DNA from: Planctomycetota bacterium
Lineage (GTDB): Bacteria > Planctomycetota > UBA8108 > UBA1146 > JAJFFE01
Reading direction: 5' to 3'
NCBI GenBank assembly: GCA_021776775.1
Contig: JAJFFE010000145.1
Span: 30,884 to 94,883 of the forward strand
Length of the DNA stretch: 64,000 nucleotides
This document shows, piece by piece, positions 57,615 to 64,000 of this stretch. A program made the position numbers and the translations under genes. Under the pieces are notes generated by a model, which worked only from the letters and a program-made list of their open reading frames with translations, ran no database searches and was not told where the DNA came from. How positions within the stretch are numbered: the first letter of the stretch is position 1; each line of letters opens with the position of its first letter.

Positions 57615-58571
57615 ATGCGCCTATGGGTGGCTCGTCCAATAGTCGCCTTGTTGCTTGCCCTAGTTACCGTCGGTTGCTTGCCGTCGGTCCGCCACATCCC
57701 GATCACGACTTCCATCGATCCGAAGAACTCGCGGCTGCCGATGGAGTACCGCAGCGGAGAGATCCTGGCGTTGGCGAACGTCGATAGCACCGGCCCGTAT
57801 CGATTCAAGCTCGACACGGGGGCAAGCGTGATGGCCATCACGGCAAGCGCGCGGGACCGACTAAAGCTCGAAACCCGAAGCTTGCCGTGGCGATTGACCG
57901 GAGCGGGCGAGAGCCGCTGGAAGGTCATCGAGAGCGCACAGCTCACGGTAGTCTCACTCGGTGCGACCAAGTTCGAGGGCATCGACTGCTTGGTCTTGGA
58001 TGGCGTCGAAGACGACGGCTTCCTGGGTAACGGGCTGTTCGACGCCGGGGTCCTGGTGATGGACTTCCCGAACAACTCGTTCAACTTCCGGCCGACCGCA
58101 CCGCTCGACCTAGCAGACCCTAACCTGGTCCCTATCGTGTTCGAAGGTGGCGTCCCCATTTTTGAAGCCCGAGTCGACGATCAAACGGCACGCTTCACTC
58201 TCGACACCGGCTTCAACGGGTGGATCCGTCTACCCATCGAGTGGCGCGATCGCTTCGAGTACCGTAGCCGGCCCTATGCCGTCGACGTGCAAACGATTCA
58301 TCGCGTCCGTCGCGAAGAGTTCCGTCAGATCGACGGGGTCCTACGCGTTGGAACGCACGACCTCCTCAACCCGATCGTCGTTTTCGGAACCGGATCACCG
58401 CTGTTCGGTACCCGGGCCATGGAATACTTCGAGGTCACGCTCGACGCCAAGAATCGTCGCGTGGGTTTCGCCAGAAACTCTACGAATCCAATTGTCATCC
58501 CTCCGATCCAAGAGCTCATGCGGTTCGGATCGGTCTGGCTCCAACCTTCGGCGACAGAACGCCGACTGTGA
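57615..58571 (+). CDS. lipoprotein with retropepsin-like aspartic protease domains (two DTG motifs)
   Basis: Lipobox LVTVGCL. FKLDTGASVMAI and FTLDTGFNGWIRL. Confidence 0.5.
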   Translation: MRLWVARPIVALLLALVTVGCLPSVRHIPITTSIDPKNSRLPMEYRSGEILALANVDSTGPYRFKLDTGASVMAITASARDRLKLETRSLPWRLTGAGESRWKVIESAQLTVVSLGATKFEGIDCLVLDGVEDDGFLGNGLFDAGVLVMDFPNNSFNFRPTAPLDLADPNLVPIVFEGGVPIFEARVDDQTARFTLDTGFNGWIRLPIEWRDRFEYRSRPYAVDVQTIHRVRREEFRQIDGVLRVGTHDLLNPIVVFGTGSPLFGTRAMEYFEVTLDAKNRRVGFARNSTNPIVIPPIQELMRFGSVWLQPSATERRL

Positions 58572-58587
58572 GAGGAACGCTGCGAAC

Positions 58588-59778
58588 ATGAGCACGCTCA
58601 AGGGCAACGCGGTCATCGGTCAATCGGGCGGTCCCACCGCGGTGATCAATCAATCGCTAGTGGGTTGCGTGGAGGGCTTACGAACCTGCGACGCGATCGA
58701 GAAAATCTACGGCGCTCATCACGCCGTGCGCGGCATTGTCGACGGTGACTTGATCGACCTCACCGACGTGAGTGCCGAACGGCTCGAGCGAATCGCACAA
58801 ACGCCATCTTCCGCGTTGGGATCGAGTCGCGACAAACCGGACGAAGAGTACTGCCGAAACATCTGCCAAAGCTTCGAGAAGCTCAACATTCGGTACTTCT
58901 TCTACATCGGCGGCAACGACAGCTCGGACACCTGTCGTATCGTCAACGAAGTGGCAAAGAGTCAGGGCTACGAACTGCGCGCCTACCACATACCGAAGAC
59001 GATCGACAACGACCTCGAAGAGAACGACCACACTCCGGGGTACGGTTCAGCCGCTCGCTTCGTCGCGTGTGCGTTGATGGGGGACGCTCTCGACAACAAG
59101 GCGCTCCCGGGAATCAAGGTCGACGTCATCATGGGTCGTCACGCTGGTTTCCTCACCGCGGCAAGCTCCTTGGCGCGCACGTCCGACGACGACGGGCCGC
59201 ATCTGATCTACGTTCCGGAAGTCGCTTTCGACATCGATCGGTTCATCGCCGACGTCGACCGGGTGTTCTCGAGGTTGGGCCGCTGCGTGATCGCGACCTC
59301 CGAAGGCATTCACGACGCCGACGGAACCGCGATCGCGGCGAAGCTCGCGGCAGACGTCGAGAAGGACGCCCACGGAAACGTGCAGTTGTCGGGCAGCGGC
59401 GCACTCGGCGATTACCTCTCACAGCTCATCAAGGACCGCCTCGGCAAGAAGTTGCGGGTGCGGGCCGACACCTTCGGCTACCTCCAGCGGTCGTTCGCGG
59501 GCTGCGTCAGCGAAGTCGACCAGCGGGAAGCTCGAGCCGCGGGACGACGCGCGGCAGACCTAGCGATCGACGGGAGCGACGAAGGCTCGATAGCGATCCG
59601 TCGTACGAGCAACGATCCGTACCAAGTGTCCTACGATCGAATCGAACTCAGCGACGTCGCGGCGAAGACGCGAACCTTGCCGCTGGAATACATCGTCGAC
59701 GGCTGCGACATCGCGCCGAGCTTCCGGGAGTATGCGCTGCCACTGGTCGGGCCGCTGCCGATCATCGAGCACTTTTGA
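58588..59778 (+). CDS. pfkA: 6-phosphofructokinase (long PPi/ATP-dependent type)
   Basis: GAGAGGAA Shine-Dalgarno then ATG 58588. MSTLKGNAVIGQSGGPTAVIN, IGGNDS and GRHAGFLT motifs. The track ORF 58147 over-extends at the 5' end. Confidence 0.8.
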   Translation: MSTLKGNAVIGQSGGPTAVINQSLVGCVEGLRTCDAIEKIYGAHHAVRGIVDGDLIDLTDVSAERLERIAQTPSSALGSSRDKPDEEYCRNICQSFEKLNIRYFFYIGGNDSSDTCRIVNEVAKSQGYELRAYHIPKTIDNDLEENDHTPGYGSAARFVACALMGDALDNKALPGIKVDVIMGRHAGFLTAASSLARTSDDDGPHLIYVPEVAFDIDRFIADVDRVFSRLGRCVIATSEGIHDADGTAIAAKLAADVEKDAHGNVQLSGSGALGDYLSQLIKDRLGKKLRVRADTFGYLQRSFAGCVSEVDQREARAAGRRAADLAIDGSDEGSIAIRRTSNDPYQVSYDRIELSDVAAKTRTLPLEYIVDGCDIAPSFREYALPLVGPLPIIEHF

Positions 59779-59859
59779 AGCGCGGCGCCGGCCCAGGATG
59801 GACGATACAATGTAGAGGATTCCCGATCGTCGGAAATTCACTGCAAGGAGAACACTAGC

Positions 59860-61569
59860 GTGATTCGTATCATCCACCTGGGCCTAGTTTTGCTTACGCT
59901 CGGCACTCCTGCGTGGGCGCAGTTCACCGCCGTTGCCGGCGGCACCGCTACCCCAGGCCTGCCGGTTTCGGACACGAACCCGGTCGCGACGAGCACGATT
60001 TTCATCTCCGAGACTCTTTCGATCGCCGACATTCAAGTCGGCATCGACGTCACTCACACGTGGCGCGGTGACCTCGAAGTCGAGGTCACCTCTCCCGCCG
60101 GCACTACCTTGCGCCTGCACGATCATCAAGGAGGCAGCGGCGCCGATCTCATCCTGACGTGGTGGCAGTTCGGCGTTGCCAACGGCGACGAGGAGTACGA
60201 CTGCGCTTGCGAGATGCAGCCGGCGCCGGGGTCCTTCTTCGACTGGTTCGGCCAGTCCGCGTACGGCACTTGGACCATGACGGTCACGGACACCGTCCTA
60301 GACGATGACGGCACGTTCAACTCGTGGTCGGTGGCGATCTCCGACATGGGACCGCCGCTTCCGATCGAAGCGATCACCTGCAACCCGGAGCTCGGCACCG
60401 GCGTCGTCAATCTCAACTGGGGCAATCCACCGTCGGGATACGACGAGATCTTGGTACGTGTCAACGGAACGGTGATCGACACCATCGCGGGAATCTCGAC
60501 GACCTACTCGACCCCCGGGCTTTCACTGTCGACCATCTCGGACATTTGCCTGTCGGGTGTCCTCGACGGACTCGAATCACTACCGACGTGCTGTTCGACG
60601 TTTCTGCCCGGTCCGCCCTCCCTGTCGGCGTTGATCTTCGCCGGCGAGGGGCCCGGTGACATCGACAGCGCAGCCGCCCTCGAAGCGGCGCTCTCGGCGC
60701 AAGGAATCTCGGTCGATGTCGTCACCGGGTTGACTCCGTCGATCGTGGACACGCCGGCGAGTTTGTGGCTATGCCTCGGCACGTTTCCCAATGCCCACGT
60801 GATGACTCAAGCGGAAGGCGGACTGGTTCGCGATCTCGTCGTGGCCGGGATCCCGCTCTACGTCGAAGGGGCTGACACCTGGGGATTCCACCCCGCGACG
60901 CCAATGTGGCAAGTCGACGGCGTGGCAGACTTCGAAGCAGAGGACGGAGACGACTCGCTGGCCGTCTTGGTCGGGGCCGACTTCGCGGGCCAATCGTTTG
61001 CGGATTTGACGGCGGAGTACGACCACGACCAACCCGGGAGCGACTGGACGGATCGACTGGTACCGGCCATCAACGACATTGCCGGTCCTGAATCAGGCGT
61101 GATCTGGCGCAGCGAGGCAGCTCCGGGCGGAGCGGGATACGACGTCGGCGTCCTTTACGATACGGTAGCGCCGTTCGGCCGGGTGATCGCGCAGTCGTGG
61201 GAGTTCGGCGGGTACTCCGGAGATCAAGCCGAGGTCGCCGCTCGCTACGTCGAGTTTCTCGGCCAGGCGAAGCAACCGTCCGGGGTGCACTTTCTGCGCG
61301 GCGACTCCAACGGCGACGGATCGTTCAACATCGCAGATGCGGTTTCCACGCTCGCCTTGCTGTTCACGCTCGGCGCGCCGGTGGTCACGTGCTTGGACGC
61401 GGCAGACGCCAACGACGACGGTCAAGTCGACATCGGCGACCCTATCTTCACGCTCAGCGCTCTGTTCATCAGCGGCGCACCACTGCCGTACGCCCCTGGC
61501 CCCACCGGATGTGGACTCGACACGACCGCCGACGCCATCGACTGCGCGTTCTTCCTCGGCTGCTTCTAA
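59860..61569 (+). CDS. secreted protein with proprotein-convertase P-domain, FN3-like Cys module and C-terminal dockerin plus Cys-rich tail
   Basis: AAGGAG Shine-Dalgarno then GTG. Signal peptide. VTHTWRGDLEVEVTSPAGTTLRLHD is a P-domain. The C-terminus is GDSNGDGSFNIADA...DANDDGQVDIGDP...CGLDTTADAIDCAFFLGCF. Confidence 0.65.
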   Translation: MIRIIHLGLVLLTLGTPAWAQFTAVAGGTATPGLPVSDTNPVATSTIFISETLSIADIQVGIDVTHTWRGDLEVEVTSPAGTTLRLHDHQGGSGADLILTWWQFGVANGDEEYDCACEMQPAPGSFFDWFGQSAYGTWTMTVTDTVLDDDGTFNSWSVAISDMGPPLPIEAITCNPELGTGVVNLNWGNPPSGYDEILVRVNGTVIDTIAGISTTYSTPGLSLSTISDICLSGVLDGLESLPTCCSTFLPGPPSLSALIFAGEGPGDIDSAAALEAALSAQGISVDVVTGLTPSIVDTPASLWLCLGTFPNAHVMTQAEGGLVRDLVVAGIPLYVEGADTWGFHPATPMWQVDGVADFEAEDGDDSLAVLVGADFAGQSFADLTAEYDHDQPGSDWTDRLVPAINDIAGPESGVIWRSEAAPGGAGYDVGVLYDTVAPFGRVIAQSWEFGGYSGDQAEVAARYVEFLGQAKQPSGVHFLRGDSNGDGSFNIADAVSTLALLFTLGAPVVTCLDAADANDDGQVDIGDPIFTLSALFISGAPLPYAPGPTGCGLDTTADAIDCAFFLGCF

Positions 61570-61594
61570 AGGGAGCGAGCCGCCGGGGGCGCGG

Positions 61595-62464
61595 TCACGC
61601 CTGTAGTTCGGTGAGACGTGTTCGCAGTGCAGCGTCTTGCCACTGCTCGGTCAGCGCTTCGAATTCGGGTGTCGGTCCCTGCCAACGCAACTCGTCGACA
61701 TTGTCGAAGACGTCGACGTCGGTCCGAAGCACGGCGAGCTTCCTGAACAGCTCAGCAAGTTCGAAGTGGTTCGACAACGTTTGCGCAAGCTTGACCGCGC
61801 TGCGCACCTTGATATCCCAATCCGCCGCGTCCGCCGGAATCTCTTCGAGCTTGCCGTACCGCGCGAGCACGGTGGCGGTGGACTTGGCCCCCCACCCTTC
61901 GAGCCCCGGGAACCCATCGGCCGAATCCCCGACCAACGCGAGGTAGTCGGGAATCGAATCCGGCGATACACCGAACTTCTCTCGGATACCGTCGGCGTTT
62001 CGAATCACGTCGCGGCGACGGTCCCACTGCACGATTCGATCACCGACGACACACTGTCCGAGGTCTTTGTCGGGTGTGCAGATGACCACTTGCTCGACGC
62101 GTTCATCGGCCGCGGCGCGCAATGCCGCCGCTGCCATGGCGTCGTCCGCCTCGACCTCGACCATCGGCCAGACCTTCACTCCCATCGCGCGCAGGCCATC
62201 TTCAAAGGGATGAAACTGCGACAAGAGTTCGGGTTCGATGCCTTCCCCAGACTTGTACGCGGGCCAGAGTTCGTTGCGGTACGACTCGATCACGTGATCC
62301 GTGGCCACGCCGATGTGCGTCGCGCCATCTCTCAGGAGAGAGATGACCGAGTGCAAGACACCGAGCATCGCCCCGATCTCGTTGCCCTCCCGATCGCTCT
62401 TCCCCGGTACCGCAAAGTAGTGGCGGAACAACTCGTACGTGCCGTCGACGAGATGGACTTTCAA
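61595..62464 (-). CDS. 5'-3' exonuclease / flap endonuclease (Xni/ExoIX-like, PIN-like plus H3TH)
   Basis: LKVHLVDGTYELFR...VATDH...EADD...GFPGLEGWG(AK)STA. TTG start after an AGGAG Shine-Dalgarno. Confidence 0.75.
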   Translation of the reverse strand: MKVHLVDGTYELFRHYFAVPGKSDREGNEIGAMLGVLHSVISLLRDGATHIGVATDHVIESYRNELWPAYKSGEGIEPELLSQFHPFEDGLRAMGVKVWPMVEVEADDAMAAAALRAAADERVEQVVICTPDKDLGQCVVGDRIVQWDRRRDVIRNADGIREKFGVSPDSIPDYLALVGDSADGFPGLEGWGAKSTATVLARYGKLEEIPADAADWDIKVRSAVKLAQTLSNHFELAELFRKLAVLRTDVDVFDNVDELRWQGPTPEFEALTEQWQDAALRTRLTELQA

Positions 62465-62546
62465 CACGATCTCCTCACGCCTAAAGAAAACGAGCCAGTG
62501 ACGGTCTCCGTCACTGGCTCGCTTTCGAGTGTAATCTATTCGCTGA

Positions 62547-63881
62547 CTACGGGCACAACGGGAACTCGTCGCAACGAATCGCATCGTCGGTCGAATCAAA
62601 GCCACAGATCATGAACGGAGCCGGCGGTTCGGAGCCACCGGAGAACAGGTAGCTCAACACGTACACGGGGTCGGCAACGTCGACTCCTCCGTCGTCGTTA
62701 GCGTCGAGCGCGTCGTCACAATCGACGACGTTGTCGACTCCGATGAACAGCTCGAGCGACGCGATCGGATCGGCGATGTTGACCATTCCGTCTCCGTTGG
62801 AATCTCCGCGCGAGAACGGAGCGAGACACTCGGCGGTGCAGCAAGTCGCAGGCACCGGCTCCAAGCACACCGTCTCGCCGGAGATGCAAACGTCGAACGA
62901 TCCCGCGCCGGGCAGAACGATCACCGCCTCTTGCGCGTCACCGGGCAGCGTCACCACCTCGACGCCGTCGACTGTGACGGTGAGGAACGCGTAGATCGAC
63001 ATGTTGTTCCAACTCAGCGAAACCATGCAGCTCGTTTCGTCCTCGTCACAGACGAGGTTCTCCACGGGATCGGGGAACACGTCGCTGATCGCGCAGTCCG
63101 CCAGACAGCAAGTCTGCGCGCCCGCGATTCCGTCGCGAATCGGCTCGAAGCAGTAGTCCGCCACACCCGGCACTTCGATTTGAGCCATGGTCGCGGTGCC
63201 GGCCAACGTGTCGATCAACGCGCCGTCTTCGTAAACGTTGATCGAGTCGTACGGCCCCTGATTCGTCCATTGAAAGGTGAAGATGCAGGTGCAGAGATCG
63301 CCGGACTGCGTGCAATCGAGGGCGACGATGGGATCGACGTCTTCGACGATCTCGATGTCGCCGCACACTTGGGTCGGCGTGATACCGGCGCTGGCCGTGT
63401 CGACGACGAGTGTCGGCACCGGCGGACTGCCCAGCGTGCCACAGAAACAAACGGTGTAGCTGCCGGGCGCGGCGAGCAACCCGTAGTCGATGGTCAGCAA
63501 CTCGTATCCGGTCCCCGGACCGAGCACGGCGCACGACGTGAAGCAGATCACAACGCCGTGGGTGAGGCCGGCCGGGAACAGGTCGATCGACTCGAAATCA
63601 GGCTCGTCGCCGCCGTTGATCGTCGCCGTCGTCGACCCCGTCGCCCCGGCGGTGAGCGCGAGATCTGCGCTATCGTGGCAGACGCCGTACGACCAGCCGC
63701 GGAGATCGTCGCCCGCGTTGTCGAAAAGGACCGACGTGGTGGCCGAGGTGCCCTCGACGCCAGCACCGCCGCCAATGGCGATGGTGTACTGCGCATCGGC
63801 GAGCCCGCAAAGCGCTACCAGTGCGAGACATACGGAAAGAAGACGCAACGGGCGGAGCCCGGATGCAAGGTAGCGGTCCAT
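62547..63881 (-). CDS. secreted protein with repeated Cys-containing FN3-like modules and C-terminal dockerin plus Cys-rich tail
   Basis: Signal peptide LSVCLALVALCGLADA. Two modules of the form C..S.....L.W.N.....Y..I.V..DG........C. The C-terminus is GDSNGDGMVNIADP...DANDDGGVDVADP...CGFDSTDDAIRCDEFPLCP. Confidence 0.6.
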   Translation of the reverse strand: MDRYLASGLRPLRLLSVCLALVALCGLADAQYTIAIGGGAGVEGTSATTSVLFDNAGDDLRGWSYGVCHDSADLALTAGATGSTTATINGGDEPDFESIDLFPAGLTHGVVICFTSCAVLGPGTGYELLTIDYGLLAAPGSYTVCFCGTLGSPPVPTLVVDTASAGITPTQVCGDIEIVEDVDPIVALDCTQSGDLCTCIFTFQWTNQGPYDSINVYEDGALIDTLAGTATMAQIEVPGVADYCFEPIRDGIAGAQTCCLADCAISDVFPDPVENLVCDEDETSCMVSLSWNNMSIYAFLTVTVDGVEVVTLPGDAQEAVIVLPGAGSFDVCISGETVCLEPVPATCCTAECLAPFSRGDSNGDGMVNIADPIASLELFIGVDNVVDCDDALDANDDGGVDVADPVYVLSYLFSGGSEPPAPFMICGFDSTDDAIRCDEFPLCP

Positions 63882-64000
63882 TCGATTTCCTCTTCTGTGG
63901 TGAGTAGCCCAGACCCACCTACTCTATTGTTCCTGGGCAGGTGTTCAAGCCTGGTTGACAGCGAGCCGAATACTGGAATATCCTTACATGCGGATAAGCG

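Noticed and set aside
1-64000. CRISPR arrays, rRNA and tRNA genes.
   Set aside because: No short regularly spaced direct repeats were seen. No GTTCGAATC-type T-loops or rRNA-like conserved stretches were found by eye. A dedicated scan with tRNAscan-SE or CRISPRCasFinder would be needed to be certain.

Overview
This is a 64-kb, roughly 62% GC bacterial chromosome segment. It is densely coded on both strands, with no rRNA, tRNA or CRISPR array detected by eye. The gene content looks Planctomycetota-like, which is an inference only. The evidence is DUF1080 (3-keto-disaccharide hydrolase) lipoproteins, dockerin-tailed secreted proteins, membrane-tethered ECF sigma fusions and many lipoproteins with lipobox signal peptides.

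Most of the window is housekeeping or cell-surface biology. This includes a branched-chain deoxysugar cassette (C-methyltransferase, RmlC, epimerase) and a cytidylyltransferase next to a TagF-like/GT-B polysaccharide locus. It also includes lexA, cobB, mnmC, galK, PPi/ATP-PFK, a 5'-3' exonuclease, GH29 fucosidase and S41 and M24 peptidases.

The stand-out region is 26.9-30.3 kb, which has the architecture of a decayed chromosomal integron. A tyrosine-recombinase gene with an IntI-like N-terminus, intact RBS and start is cut off after codon 55. Divergent from it is an array of small cassette-like units. In each unit the 7-bp core upstream of the ORF is the exact reverse complement of the inverse core at the ORF's stop codon: GTTAGGG/CCCTAAC, GTTGGAC/GTCCAAC and GTTAGGC/GCCTAAC. 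One cassette encodes an HNH endonuclease and one encodes a truncated EF-Ts paralog.

Other notable items are listed below.
- A roughly 285-bp repeat family has three full copies plus a 28-bp end fragment. The fragment lies exactly at the intI truncation junction.
- A thioredoxin-fold ORF carries a single in-frame TGA with a downstream hairpin, making it a selenoprotein candidate.
- Adjacent split genes have a paralog elsewhere in the window that is fused in the opposite domain order.
- A YjbR-domain protein carries a histone H1-like KAKK tail.
- Three secreted proteins share a dockerin plus Cys-rich C-terminal tail.
- Two ECF sigma factors are fused to a TM helix and a long extracytoplasmic domain.
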